NCBI GenBank assembly: GCA_963700285.1
Contig: CAVOXA010000006.1
Span: forward strand, 64,001-128,000
Length of the DNA stretch: 64,000 nt
Direction of reading: 5' to 3'
Source: an uncultured Chloroflexia bacterium
GTDB taxonomy: Bacteria > Chloroflexota > Anaerolineae > JAAYZQ01
The notes below the pieces were generated by a model. It saw only the letters and a program-made list of their open reading frames with translations, made no database searches and was not told where the DNA came from. Of this stretch, positions 1 through 10,363 are shown in pieces; position 1 is the stretch's first letter, and each line of letters begins with the position of its first letter. A program made the translations under genes and the position numbers.

Positions 1-915
1 CCCGGGCACATAGATCTGCAAGCCTGTGGCCAGCCGCACATCGTCCAGGAGCCAGCCTGCGGCCCGGACAAGGATGCTAATGATGACAATATCGGTGATG
101 AGCGCCGCCAGCCGGGTCACGAAACCGGCGGTTCGCCCCCTCAGGTGTGCCGGTGGTACTGTGTCTCCCGAGAAAACGATCCTGCGCGGCGGCGGCGGGA
201 TCTCTGGCGCGGGGTGTCTCAGTACAGAGTGGATCAGATGCGCGACGTAAAGATCGGCGCTGACCGCTCGTCCCCGCACTTCGATAAAAACCCTCTGGCT
301 CAGGGCCAGGCTTTCGGCGGCTACCAGCTCATCCACCAGGCCCTGCACCTGCGGGCTGTCTACGACGTAGTCCAGAGTCGTGTCCACGCTATGATTCACA
401 GCCGTGCCCAGTAGCGCCCGGCCCTGCAGCTCCTCAGACACTCCCCGCGCCTGCCAGCGTTCCAGCCTGGCCGCACTGCGGGCCGCCAGCCTGTTGTAGC
501 TCCTGCGGGCGGGGGACAGGAGCCGGCTCTTCCGGGCCCAGTTCGTGGGCGGCGAGGCGAGTCGCCTGGCTCTGCCCAGTGCCGAGGACAGCCGCCGGTC
601 AACCCGGTCCCCGGCCTCAAAAACTGCCCCGATAAAGATGTGGCGCAAGGCGGGGTCGACTTGCTCCGGCCGGTCGTCAGGAGTGGGGCTGGCCTCGACC
701 CCGGACTGGTCTCGAGGCGCCGGACCGGACCGGTCCGGCGGTTCTGTGGCTGACTGGATTGCATTCAACGCCAGGGAAACGCCGCCCACCGCCAGGCGCA
801 TCAGCGTGCCCACGCCCATCATCTCTGGCTCGGTGCGTACTGGCGCCCGTGCGCTGGTAGCGGGATCGGGGCCGTTGGGATCAAATAGCTTGTCTGCCTC
901 GACGGGTTCGTTCAT
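1..915 (-). CDS. RDD-family membrane protein with long N-terminal extension (partial, runs off window start)
   Basis: Manual translation from ATG at 915 (MNEPVEADKLF...) stays open to position 1. It ends in ...RTAGFVTRLAALITDIVIISILVR..., the typical RDD start (AGF..RL.A..ID). Absent from the ORF track because there is no stop in the window. Confidence 0.65.
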   Translation of the reverse strand, partial: MNEPVEADKLFDPNGPDPATSARAPVRTEPEMMGVGTLMRLAVGGVSLALNAIQSATEPPDRSGPAPRDQSGVEASPTPDDRPEQVDPALRHIFIGAVFEAGDRVDRRLSSALGRARRLASPPTNWARKSRLLSPARRSYNRLAARSAARLERWQARGVSEELQGRALLGTAVNHSVDTTLDYVVDSPQVQGLVDELVAAESLALSQRVFIEVRGRAVSADLYVAHLIHSVLRHPAPEIPPPPRRIVFSGDTVPPAHLRGRTAGFVTRLAALITDIVIISILVRAAGWLLDDVRLATGLQIYVPG

Positions 916-1042
916 GGCTTGTCTTCCTCACGTGCCGCTGGCTGCGGGACTGTATCTGGAACGACGACGCCCGTCAATCATACCATATTTCCTTTGCCAA
1001 GCCAAATGGATGCGGGAAGGGCAGGCAGAGTTTCCACCCGAT

Positions 1043-1160
1043 CCTGTCATACCCGCACGATTCTCGCGGACATCCACTCTGCGGAGGTGACGGTTGCCGG
1101 TGGCGTCGATGCCCGCCCCCCCCCGGCTGCTCGGGGGCAAACATGTGCGGAAATGACAGG
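1043..1160. repeat. REP/MITE-like palindromic element, family A (CTGTCAT...ATGACAG ends)
   Basis: Terminal inverted repeat CCTGTCAT/ATGACAGG; the interior is near-identical to the reverse complement of 4371-4467. Confidence 0.8.
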
Positions 1161-1309
1161 TCAGCTTGGTGACCTTTCCACCGAAATTGATACGTTACCG
1201 CATTTGTGGTACAATCCAGTGAGCGTTCGCGCCTGTTTTGCTCGGGGTGGGGCGCAGCGCACGGATGACCAAGCAGAGTAGGATCGAGTGACAACAGGAG
1301 GTAAAAGAC

Positions 1310-2002
1310 ATGCAAGTCGAGGTTCGTTATGGTCCAGCCTACGCGCTGGCCATGGTCACGCTTGAACCCAGTGAGGCGATCCAGGTGGAGGGCGGGGCGA
1401 TGGTGGGCATGGCGCCCAGCCTCAAGATGGAAACAGGGGCCACGGGCGGCCTCTTGAAATCGCTCACTCGCAAGATGTTTGGCGGCGAGAGCTTTTTTCT
1501 GAACACCTTCACCGGCGTCAAGCAGGGGGATTCTCTTGCCCTGGCGCCTCCCTTGCCCGGCGATGTCTCGGTCATCGAGATGCACGGCGAAACGCTGATG
1601 GTGCAGTCAGGCTCCTATCTCGCCTCGTCGGAAGGGATCACGGTGGACACCAAGTGGGGCGGGGCCAAGTCCTTTTTCGGCAGCGAGGGCTTGATCATGC
1701 TCAGGATCAGCGGCAGCGGCACGCTGATCGTCTCCAGCTATGGGGCCATACACGCCGTGGAGCTGGCCGAAGGCCAGAGCTACGTGGTCGATACGGGGCA
1801 CCTGGTCACCTTTGATGACCATCTAAAGTTCAAGGTAAAGAAGGTGGCCGGCTGGAAGAGCACCCTGTTCAGCGGTGAGGGCCTGGTGGTCGAGCTGACC
1901 GGCCCGGGGAACCTGACGCTGCAGAGCCGCAGCCAGGACTCGTTCCTGTCCTGGCTCATCCCGCAGCTCCCCAAGCAGACAACCTACGTATCGAGTGACT
2001 AG
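1310..2002 (+). CDS. TIGR00266/AIM24-family protein
   Basis: Motifs GAMV.M, GGESFF.N.F, KWGG.K.FF..EGL, VVDTGHLV.F, SGEGLV...GPG...QSR; AGGAGG RBS upstream. Confidence 0.9.
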   Translation: MQVEVRYGPAYALAMVTLEPSEAIQVEGGAMVGMAPSLKMETGATGGLLKSLTRKMFGGESFFLNTFTGVKQGDSLALAPPLPGDVSVIEMHGETLMVQSGSYLASSEGITVDTKWGGAKSFFGSEGLIMLRISGSGTLIVSSYGAIHAVELAEGQSYVVDTGHLVTFDDHLKFKVKKVAGWKSTLFSGEGLVVELTGPGNLTLQSRSQDSFLSWLIPQLPKQTTYVSSD

Positions 2003-2040
2003 GACCTGCTAGGACCTGTTCAAGTTAGAAATGACGTATC

Positions 2041-2100
2041 TGTCATGGCGAGCGCAGCGTGGCAATCTCCACATGCTTGTGAGAAACCGACTGCTTGGCA
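2041..2100. repeat. Degenerate REP-like element, family B (TGTCA..GCGAG..GCAATCT)
   Basis: TGTCATGGCGAGCGCAGCGTGGCAATCTC resembles 16966-17080 and 10199-10326; lies between convergent genes. Confidence 0.5.
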
Positions 2101-2136
2101 CTGGTCGGCCCGGAGTCGCCAACCCGTGCCTGCCTT

Positions 2137-2910
2137 TCAAATTCTGGCGCTTTGGGGCAGGAAACGCCCGATGAACTGCGATCCCAGGTAGGCCGTCTGG
2201 TAGGGATTGCGGGGCCGGATCTCAAAGACGGCTGTGCCGTCAAAGTCGATCTCTTGTAGCGTGGCGGCCAGCAGCTCCCAATCCTCTTCTGGGATGCCGC
2301 CTGTCCCCGGAACATAGTGGTCTCGGCCCGGGTGGGGCAGCTCCTGTTCGGCCAGGGGCAGGATGTCCTGCAGGTGCACGTGGATGAGGTGAGGCTTGAG
2401 CGCGCTCAGAAAAGCGCTCAGGCCTTTGTCTGTGAAGTAGACGTGCCCGATGTCCAGGCAGAACTTGAGGCCCTCCACTTTCGAGATGGCCTGCTCCAGG
2501 AAGGCCAATTGCCCGTTTTCCAGCGCGATGCGCACCCCGCGCTCGGCCGCATAGGCCACCACGTCCCGGCAGAGCGCGACGTCGAGACGTCCCTCCTCGC
2601 CGCCGGCGAAAAACTCGTCGGGATGTACCACCAGAACGCTGGCGCCCAGGTCGCGGGCGGCATCGATCTGCACCTGCTGCTCGGCCAAGGTGTAGGCAAG
2701 GCCGGTGTGCAGGCTAACCGGCATCCCGGCCAGGGCGGCCTTGAGGCCGGCTCGTTCCGACCTGGCATAGAGGCTCTGCCTGCCCGGCCACCGGCTCCAC
2801 AGCTCGACGGCATAGCCCAGATCGCGGATCTGCGCCAGTTCTTGCTCCAAGCTGGCGACCTGGGCATAGTGACTGAAATTCCACAGGCTGATGGCATACT
2901 GGATCTTCAT
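2137..2910 (-). CDS. Sugar phosphate isomerase/epimerase (xylose-isomerase-like TIM barrel)
   Basis: IALEN, CLDIGH, HVHLQD, DH..PG.G.I and FEI metal-binding motifs; start set at MKIQ after an AAGGAG-like RBS. Confidence 0.85.
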   Translation of the reverse strand: MKIQYAISLWNFSHYAQVASLEQELAQIRDLGYAVELWSRWPGRQSLYARSERAGLKAALAGMPVSLHTGLAYTLAEQQVQIDAARDLGASVLVVHPDEFFAGGEEGRLDVALCRDVVAYAAERGVRIALENGQLAFLEQAISKVEGLKFCLDIGHVYFTDKGLSAFLSALKPHLIHVHLQDILPLAEQELPHPGRDHYVPGTGGIPEEDWELLAATLQEIDFDGTAVFEIRPRNPYQTAYLGSQFIGRFLPQSARI

Positions 2911-3045
2911 AGCTTCATCTTTCTCCGTCCGTGTAGGATCCCTCCGCACAGGGCACCCTTGGATGTAGAGCCCTCTCGAGTGTAGAGCCCTTTTGATGCT
3001 CCCGGCGAATCACGGATTCGCCGGCTTTCGACAGCAGAGCGCTGG

Positions 3046-4146
3046 TCACGGACCAGCGCGGAGCCGGGCCGGCTGGTCTGCCGATATCGGATAGCGCCCG
3101 TACTTGCGTGTTGCGCGTACCATGGCCTCGAAATTCTCCAGGGGTACATAGTGGGCCACGGTGTTGCTGGAGCCCACCGCGTACCCGCCGCCGGGCGCTA
3201 GCGTCCGGATGCGCTCCCGTACCTCGGCTTCGACGTCGGCTGGGCTGCCCAGGGTCAGCGTCTCTCCGATCTCGACGTTGCCCAGCAGGCAGAGCCGGTC
3301 GCCGGCGCGGGCTTTTAGCTCGCCGCTGTCCATGGCCTTGGGCTCCACGGGGTGCAGGGCGTTCAGGCCGCAGGCCAGCAGATCGGGCAGGATCTCCCAC
3401 AGGTTGCCGTCAGAATGCAGGATAAAGGGCAGGTCCCTGGTCCGGCAGATGGCGCCCATCTCTTCCATGTAGGGAAAGAGGTACTGCCGCAGCACCTTGG
3501 GGCTGACCATCGTGCCCGAATAGTAGGCCAGGTCGTCGCCGTACCACATGGCGCCGATGTCGTCCATCTCGACAATGCGCCGAAAGACTGCGAGCTGGGT
3601 CTCGCCCACTCTGCGGAAGAGTTCGGCGACCAGGTCGGGTTGGTCCACCAGGGCGAAGCAAAAAGTCTCAAAGCCCATGATGCGCCATACCCGGGTAAAG
3701 ATGCCGCCGACCCCAGAGATGATTTTCATGCCGGAGGGCAGGATGCGGGCGCAAGCCGCCAGGTTGGTAAAATCGATGGTCTCGGGATCGGGCCAGGGAT
3801 AGCGCGGGTAGTCGTCCCAACCGCTGATCAGGCTCGTCTCGTCGCCGGCCCAGGTGGTGACCTGCATGTCGCCGCCGTAGATGTGATCCTCGTCGCGGTG
3901 CCCGTCGCCTACCATGCGGTACTCATAGTTGGCCCGCAGGTGCACATAGTCGTAGCCGGCCCGGTGCCAGAAATCCACGTCGTCCTGGATGGTCTGGATG
4001 GGCCGGCCCAGGAATGCCTGTTTGACCTGCCAGTCCACGTGCAGCTCGGCGTTGGGTACTCGGTCGGGCTCGCCCTCCAGCATCAGTACGCGGCGAAGCC
4101 GTTCGAAATCGGGGTCCAGTGGGATGAATCTCTCTTGTACCAACAT
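3046..4146 (-). CDS. Uroporphyrinogen decarboxylase-like (URO-D/MtaA superfamily) protein
   Basis: EPDRVP, GDDLAY...MVSP, ILHSDGN, GNV, PGGGY..GSSN...VPLENF motifs; AGGAGG RBS before MLVQERF. Confidence 0.85.
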   Translation of the reverse strand: MLVQERFIPLDPDFERLRRVLMLEGEPDRVPNAELHVDWQVKQAFLGRPIQTIQDDVDFWHRAGYDYVHLRANYEYRMVGDGHRDEDHIYGGDMQVTTWAGDETSLISGWDDYPRYPWPDPETIDFTNLAACARILPSGMKIISGVGGIFTRVWRIMGFETFCFALVDQPDLVAELFRRVGETQLAVFRRIVEMDDIGAMWYGDDLAYYSGTMVSPKVLRQYLFPYMEEMGAICRTRDLPFILHSDGNLWEILPDLLACGLNALHPVEPKAMDSGELKARAGDRLCLLGNVEIGETLTLGSPADVEAEVRERIRTLAPGGGYAVGSSNTVAHYVPLENFEAMVRATRKYGRYPISADQPARLRAGP

Positions 4147-4370
4147 GGCAGGGTGTGTTCCTCCTGGGCAGAAGCCAACCTGTTCAATAGCATGGTCAAT
4201 TGGGCTGCGACAGCCCCCAGACCCATGATACATGGAGGCCAGTACCGTGGCAAATTTTCTTTTGCGCTGTGCCAGTACTCTCCTTTGGCCTACCCATGGC
4301 CCGACTGCTGCTCCTTGTGCGCGAGACCCTGGGGCATGTGCTCTCTGTTTCTGCACGGCACAAGCTCTTG

Positions 4371-4467
4371 GCTGACCTGTCATTCCCGCATGCCTTGGGC
4401 GGGAATCCACGCCACCGGCAACCGTCACCGTCGCAGAGTGGATGTCCGCGAGAATCGTGCGGGTATG
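4371..4467. repeat. REP/MITE-like element, family A (inverted copy of 1043-1165)
   Basis: Reverse complement shares CATACCCGCACGATTCTCGCGGACATCCACTCTGCG..GGTGACGGTTGCCGGTGGCGT with the 1043 copy. Confidence 0.8.
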
Positions 4468-4505
4468 CCCACCGAAACGCATACGCCATCTAGTTGACGA
4501 TCTAC

Positions 4506-4535
4506 TTGCCAAGAACGGGTCTGCTGATGTATACT
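4506..4535 (+). promoter_or_regulatory. Putative sigma70 promoter for bcp operon
   Basis: TTGCCA-N18-TATACT. Confidence 0.5.
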
Positions 4536-4711
4536 AGCGCTGAGAGCAACATGTGAGGATCGCACTCTGGAACGGAAGGACTGGCAGTCCTATGCAAGAG
4601 GCTTGCAGGAGGAAAATCTACTGTTTGGGACTGGATCTCGGCTGGCAAGCCCTGACAGAGGACTGCCAGTCCTGTTGAGGATTACATTCTGGAACGAGGA
4701 GGATTGAAGCG

Positions 4712-5182
4712 ATGCTAGCAGAAGGTACCCTTGCACCCGATTTTACGCTGGCCGCGGACGGTGGCGGAGAGGTCAGCTTGTCCGACTATCGCGGCCAGAA
4801 GGTGGTTCTGTACTTCTATCCCAAGGATGATACGCCGGGTTGTACCACCGAGGCCTGCAACTTTCGCGACGACTATTCAGAGATCCTGGCCGCCGGCGCG
4901 ACCGTCCTGGGCGTGAGCCCGGACAAGGTCAAGGCTCACGACAAATTCAAGCTGAAATATGAGCTGCCCTTCCCACTGCTCAGTGATCCGGAGCACAAGG
5001 TGGCCGAGATCTATGGCGCCTGGGGCGAAAAAACGAATTACGGCCGGACCTACATGGGCATTATCCGCTCCACCTATGTCATCAACGAGGAGGGGGTGAT
5101 CTTCAAGGTCTTTGCCAACGTGAGGCCCAAAAACCACAGCCAGGAGGTGCTGGAGGCCCTGAACGCCAATGACGCTGCCTAG
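4712..5182 (+). CDS. bcp: Thioredoxin-dependent thiol peroxidase (Bcp/PrxQ)
   Basis: LYFYPKDDTPGCTTEACNFRD signature and GIIRST. Confidence 0.95.
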   Translation: MLAEGTLAPDFTLAADGGGEVSLSDYRGQKVVLYFYPKDDTPGCTTEACNFRDDYSEILAAGATVLGVSPDKVKAHDKFKLKYELPFPLLSDPEHKVAEIYGAWGEKTNYGRTYMGIIRSTYVINEEGVIFKVFANVRPKNHSQEVLEALNANDAA

Positions 5183-6044
5183 CTGGCAGCAAGACGGGCT
5201 GCCCCCGGTACCCGCCGGAAAAGATCTGCCGGCGGTACTGGCGGCGGGTGGTTTTGCCATCACGGTGGAGGTACTGCCGCCCACCGGTCCCGACGCTGAG
5301 AGCCTGCTGGCGGCACTGGAAAACGTGGCTCACCTGCCTTTCCTGGGCTTTAGTGTGGCTACGAACCCGGTGGCCCGGCCCCACATGAGCGCCCTGGCCC
5401 TGAGCGCTCTGTTGCAGGCGCGAACCGGAAAACCGGCGACCCTGCACTGTAGCACCCGCGACCACAATCGCCTGAGCCTGCAGGGCCTGCTGTGGGGGGC
5501 GCTGGCGCTGGGTATCCGGTCGGTGCTGGTCACTACGGGAGATTATGTCGCCTTGGGGACCGATGTCAGGACGACGTCCGTACGCGACCTGGGAGTCTTG
5601 GACCTGGTGCGCATGGCCCGCGAGGCCGGCCATTTCACCGGTGTGGCGTTGGATCCGCGGCCCGAGGAGGGGCGGCTCGCCCAAGAGGTCCAGCGCCTGG
5701 AACAGAAAGCCAGGGCGGGCGCCCAGTTTGTCGTCACCCAGCCGGTCTTTGATGAGGCGGGAGCTGAAGCCCTGTACCAGGCCACCCGCCACATCGGCAT
5801 CCCCGTCCTCCTGGGCATTCTACCGCTGCGCACGGCGCGCCACGCGTCGTTCCTGCACCACAAGGTGGCCGGCATCTCCGTCCCGGAGGGCATCCGGGAG
5901 CGCCTGGAGCGGGCAGCCGATCCACTGTCTGAAGGCGTGGCCGGCGCTCGGGTGGTGCTAGAGATCGCCCGCCAGCGGTTCGCGGGGGCCTGCATCATGC
6001 CGCCATTTGGTCGTTACGAAACCCTGCCGGAAATTGTGGCCTGA
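5169..6044 (+). CDS. metF: Methylenetetrahydrofolate reductase family protein
   Basis: VEVLPP, H..TRD.NR..LQG.L.GA..LGI..VL..TGD, KARAGAQF.VTQPVFD motifs. Confidence 0.8.
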   Translation: MTLPSWQQDGLPPVPAGKDLPAVLAAGGFAITVEVLPPTGPDAESLLAALENVAHLPFLGFSVATNPVARPHMSALALSALLQARTGKPATLHCSTRDHNRLSLQGLLWGALALGIRSVLVTTGDYVALGTDVRTTSVRDLGVLDLVRMAREAGHFTGVALDPRPEEGRLAQEVQRLEQKARAGAQFVVTQPVFDEAGAEALYQATRHIGIPVLLGILPLRTARHASFLHHKVAGISVPEGIRERLERAADPLSEGVAGARVVLEIARQRFAGACIMPPFGRYETLPEIVA

Positions 6045-6904
6045 TGTCGACCCTCAGGCGTCGACTGAGGGCTGATCCCATGGTGGAACGAGGAGATATC
6101 GCTTTGAGAGAACTGAGCCGCCGCCAATTTGCCAGGTTGCTGTTGGGTGGGACCGCGGCCTCGTTGCTTGGCAACTGCGGGCCCGGGCGCGAGGCCGGAC
6201 CGCAGTCTCAGGCCACGGTGCCGCGCGCCAACCCACCGGCCCCTACGCCCGACCTGGGATCCCCAACGCCGTCTGCCACGCCGGCGCCAACCATCCTTTC
6301 CAGCAAGAACGTCGGCAAGTTCTATGTCCGCTACTACAGAAGGTTTGAGGCTCCGGATCCGGCGCGCTGGACGCTTTCGGTGGATGGGCTGGTCCGCCAC
6401 CCGCAGAGGCTATCCCTATCGAACGTGCTGGCCCTGCCCGCCATCTCGCAGGTGTCGCGCATGAAATGCGTGGAATGCTGGTCTGCGCCGGCGAAATGGG
6501 AGGGCTTTCATCTTAGCACCCTGATGGAGCTGGCAGACCCCGATCCCAGGGCGGCCTGGGTCCATTTCCGCTGCGCCGATGGCTACTATGAGTCGATGAG
6601 GATCGAAGCCCTGCTGCAAGAGCGCGTCGTCTTTGTCCATCACATGAACGATGAAATCCTGCCCGACATCTATGGCGCGCCGCTGCGGCTGATGGTACCC
6701 TTTCGCTACGGCTACAAGAGCGCCAAGGCCATTACCAGCATCGATTTTGTGGAGGATGAGGTCTATGGCTACTGGTCTACGGTGGGCTACTCTACCCATG
6801 GCAACATCCAGCCAGGCCGCGACAACCCGCTGGACCTTCCCGGCGTAGCGCCAGATAGAAGGCGGCGAAGAGATCTTTTACCCGGAGGGGATAGAGTCCA
6901 GTGA
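6044..6904 (+). CDS. Tat-exported molybdopterin-dependent oxidoreductase (sulfite oxidase/MsrP-like); C-terminus probably frameshifted, true stop near 6914
   Basis: LSRRQF Tat motif, Pro/Thr linker, CVECWS, GAPLRL.VP..YGYKSAK, GYW. Alternative start at 6080. Confidence 0.85.
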   Translation: MSTLRRRLRADPMVERGDIALRELSRRQFARLLLGGTAASLLGNCGPGREAGPQSQATVPRANPPAPTPDLGSPTPSATPAPTILSSKNVGKFYVRYYRRFEAPDPARWTLSVDGLVRHPQRLSLSNVLALPAISQVSRMKCVECWSAPAKWEGFHLSTLMELADPDPRAAWVHFRCADGYYESMRIEALLQERVVFVHHMNDEILPDIYGAPLRLMVPFRYGYKSAKAITSIDFVEDEVYGYWSTVGYSTHGNIQPGRDNPLDLPGVAPDRRRRRDLLPGGDRVQ

Positions 6905-6928
6905 AGCGCTGTAGGAGGGCAGAAACAA

Positions 6929-6967
6929 CAAAGAGGGCTGGCTCTCGTCGAGAGCCAGCCCTCTTTG
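6929..6967. terminator. Perfect 18-bp-arm hairpin between convergent genes (likely bidirectional terminator)
   Basis: CAAAGAGGGCTGGCTCTC-GTC-GAGAGCCAGCCCTCTTTG. Confidence 0.85.
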
Positions 6968-6983
6968 CACCGCTTGACAGGAC

Positions 6984-7258
6984 TCAGGCCGCGTCGTAGC
7001 CGGGGCCCTCTGTGTAGAACGCTTCGGTTCTTGTCGATCGCCCCGGCATACTCGTCGGGGACCTCGTCGTCTGGGAAGATGGCGTCGGTCGGGCATTCCG
7101 GCGCGCAGGCCCCGCAGTCGATGCAGGTGTCGGGGTCGATCCAATAGGCCGATCCCCCACTCCTCATGATCCTCTGGGCCGGCGACGATGCACTCCACCG
7201 GGCAGACCTCTGCACAGGCACCATCGCGAATGCACAACTCTGTGATTACGTACGGCAT
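6984..7258 (-). CDS. Ferredoxin (7Fe/8Fe FdxA-like), frameshifted in this sequence
   Basis: [22 protein letters not shown] in one frame, then [22 protein letters not shown] in another, ending [11 protein letters not shown]. Confidence 0.9.
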
Positions 7259-7371
7259 GGCGATACCTCCTCTTTCTCATATGATACAAGTCTCGGACAG
7301 CGTGCGGCTATTGTACAACAAAACCCGGCCAGGTCCAAATTGGACCAGGGATTGGAGTGGCGCTGCAGCGG

Positions 7372-8245
7372 CTACAAAAACTCGGCCCGCAGGCTGGCGA
7401 CCTCAGCCTCGGAGAGCTTTTGTCAACTTGCGGGTGGCGACGGGACCCTCCTCCAGTCCCGGTACCTGTTCCTCGTAGGTGGGAAGCTCTGTCCGGTAGA
7501 TGATACCCAGTCGGTATGCGGTCGCCCCACTCCAGCGCCTTTTGGAAGGCTGCCACGCGGTCGCTGGGATCATGATCCGTCTCCTCCAGCTTGTACACCC
7601 GCTCGCGGTACCAGTCGTAGGTGTTCTTCCGGTTAAAGGTCACGCAGGGCTGGAGGATGTCCACCAGCGCATAGCCCTTGTGCTGGACCGCCTGGGCGAT
7701 CAGGCCGGCCAGGCCCTTGACGTCGCCGGCAAAACCCCGGGCGACGAAGGTCGCCGCCGGCGGCCAGCGCCAGCGCCAGCGGGATTGGCCGCCATCTCGA
7801 CTGACCCGTCGGGCGAGGTGCTGGTGATAAAACCGGGATCGCTGGTGGGCGAGTATTGGCCCTTGGTCAAGCCATAGATCTGGTTGTTCTGGATGAGGTC
7901 CACGATGTCCAGGTTGCGCCGGGCCGTGTGGATAAAGTGGCCCATGCCCAGGCCCATCGAGTCGCCGTCACCGTGGATGGTGATCACCTTCAGGCCGTGA
8001 TTGGCCAGCTTGGCGCCGGTGGCGACCGGCACCGGCCGGCCGTGCAGCGTCATGAAGCCGTTGACGTGGGCATAGTCGGGCAGCTTGCTGCCGCAGCCGA
8101 TGCCGCTGACGATGAGCACCTCGTGGGGCGCCAGGCCGGCCTGAACCAGCCCCTGCTTGACCGCGCTCAGAATGCCAAAGTCGCCGCAGCCAGGGCACCA
8201 GGTCGGCTTTACGGGGCTTGCATAGTCCTTTGCTGTAGCTGCCAT
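7372..8245 (-). CDS. 2-oxoacid:ferredoxin oxidoreductase beta subunit (frameshifted)
   Basis: PTWCPGCGDFGI, SGIGC, LHGR, GDGD, NNQIYGLTKGQ.SPT, DILQPCVTFN spread over several frames. Confidence 0.9.
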
Positions 8246-8246
8246 G

Positions 8247-10004
8247 TTATCGCACCTCCTTCAGGCCGGCCAGTACATCCTCAGGGGAAAAGGCCGCCCG
8301 TCGTAGCGCAGAATGGTCTGGTCGACCTGGATGCAGGTCTCGCTCTGGAGCAGGCGCTTGAACTGGCCCGTATAGTTGTTCTCGACCGACGACGAGCTTG
8401 CCGCCACGGAGCGCCTCCGCCGCGGCCTCGGCCGGGAAGGGCCACAGGTCGCGGAAATGGACCAGCCGCGCCTGCCCGTCCAGCCGGTCGACGACCTCGC
8501 GCAGTACGCCGTAGGTCGATCCCCAGCCGACCAGGACGATGGGCGCCTCGTCGGGGCCGTAGCGCGTGGGCGGCTTCGATGTCCCGGCGGGCCGTCTCCA
8601 GCTTCTGCATCCGCTTCTGCATCATCCTGCTGCGGTTGTCCATGTCCTCGGTGATGTGGCCGAACTCGTCGTGCTCGTCGCTGGCCGTGGCATAGACCGC
8701 CTTGGGATGGCCGGGCACCGCCCGCGGCGAGATGCCGTCGTCGGCAAACGAGATGGCGCTTGTACGGCTCGGTCCAGCGCGTCCAGATCTCTCTTGGCTC
8801 AGCAGCTTGCCCCGGTCGATCTCGACTCTGTCAAAGTCGATGGCGTCGACCTCGATGGTGCGCAGCGAGCCGGCCAGGAGCTGGTCGGTACAGGACAATG
8901 ACCGGGGTCTGGTACGTTTCGGCCAGGTTAAAGGCCCGCCAGCCGCACTCGAAGCACTCTTCGATGGTGCCGGGCGCCAGCACCAGCCGCGGGAAACTCG
9001 CCGTGGGAGGCGTTGAGCACAAAGAGCAGGTCGCTCTGCTCGGTGCGGGTCGGCAGGCCGGTGGAGGGCCCGCCGCGCTGCGCCTCGACCACGACCAGGG
9101 GCACCTCGCACATGCCCGGCCAGGCCCAGCGCTTCGACCATCAGCGAAAAGCCGCCGCCCGAGGTGGCCGTCATGGCCCGGGCGCCGACAAAGTTGGCGC
9201 CGATGGCCATGCACACGGCGGCGATCTCGTCCTCGGCGTGTTTGGTCACCACGCCGAACTCGTGCTCGTGCTTGGCCATCCACTCGATGATCGACGTCGC
9301 CGGCGTCATGGGATAGGCCGAGATGAAGCGGCAGCCGCCGGCCAGCGCGCCCAGGGCAAAGGCCTGGTTGCCGGCCATCACCATCCGCTGCGGCGCATCT
9401 GGCACCTCGTTGCAGCTTCCACTCAAAACCGGCGGCATAGTGCTCCTGGGCATAGCAGGTAGGCGGCCCGGGCCACGCGCAGGTTGGCGGCCACGACCTC
9501 GCCGCCCTTGCGCTTGAAAGTTCTGGCGGATGACGTCGGCCAGCCGCTCGTACGAATAGCTCGACCACGCCGGCAGCCGCCCCCAGCGCCGCCGTGTTGG
9601 CCATCACCCGCTCGCCGTGCTCCTTGGCGATCTCGACCAGGGGCACCGGCATGGCCTTGCGCCCGCCGCTCGGCGATGCGGCCGCCGATCCACCTTGAGG
9701 TCTGCGTCGTAGATGATGCCGCCACCCTTAACCACCTCATCCTGGTAGGCTTCCAGCGCCTCTTCGTTCAGGGGCAGAAGGATGTGGACCGCGTCTTCGT
9801 GGGTGTAGAGGGGCTTCTGCGTGGACGCGGATCTGGAAAAAGTTCAGACCCGCCCCGGATGCGCGACATATAGTCCTGGAGGCCAAAGAGGTGCAGGCCG
9901 CCCCTGGCCAGCGCCTGGGCAAAGCCAGCCCCGCTCGATTCGACACCCTGGCCGGCCGCTCCTGCGATCTTGAAGGTCATGTTGTTGGTTATCGTCATGG
10001 GCAT
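8247..10004 (-). CDS. 2-oxoacid:ferredoxin oxidoreductase alpha subunit with fused gamma-type domain (multiply frameshifted)
   Basis: [86 protein letters not shown] across frames. Confidence 0.9.
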
Positions 10005-10128
10005 TGCTCCTTGTCTGCTACAGTCACGGTTCGCTGTGGTCTCCCAAGGTTTCCACTGGGACTCAGGCATCGTACTCGTTGGGGCCAGAGTTGCAGCTTG
10101 CCCGGCCACGACCTCGGACCACTAGCTC

Positions 10129-10158
10129 AGTTTACCACCACTATACATCAGATGTCAA
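10129..10158 (-). promoter_or_regulatory. Putative sigma70 promoter for the oxidoreductase operon
   Basis: Minus strand TTGACA-N18-TAAACT with TG extension. Confidence 0.55.
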
Positions 10159-10198
10159 GTGCACGAACAACCTCTGGCAGGGCGATTGTATCTAAACC

Positions 10199-10326
10199 CG
10201 TCACTGACGGCGAAGGCGCTTCTGCTGAAGTGAAGCAATCTCACTCTTCTACAGGTGGGGATCGCGTCGCTGACGCTCGCGATGACTTTTACAGGTGGGG
10301 ATCGCTTCGCTGACACTCGCGATGAC
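10199..10326. repeat. REP-like element, family B, with tandem-duplicated right half
   Basis: GAAGCAATCTC followed by two copies of TACAGGTGGGGATCGC(G/T)TCGCTGAC(G/A)CTCGCGATGAC. Confidence 0.75.
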
Positions 10327-10363
10327 GGCTTTGCAACAGCCGTAGAGGTCGGCTACGATGATC

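Noticed and set aside
3046-4146. hemE, or a methyltransferase partner of the HgcAB-like protein
   Set aside because: Only general URO-D superfamily motifs are visible, such paralogues are common in anaerobes, and the gene is about 39 kb away with no link.
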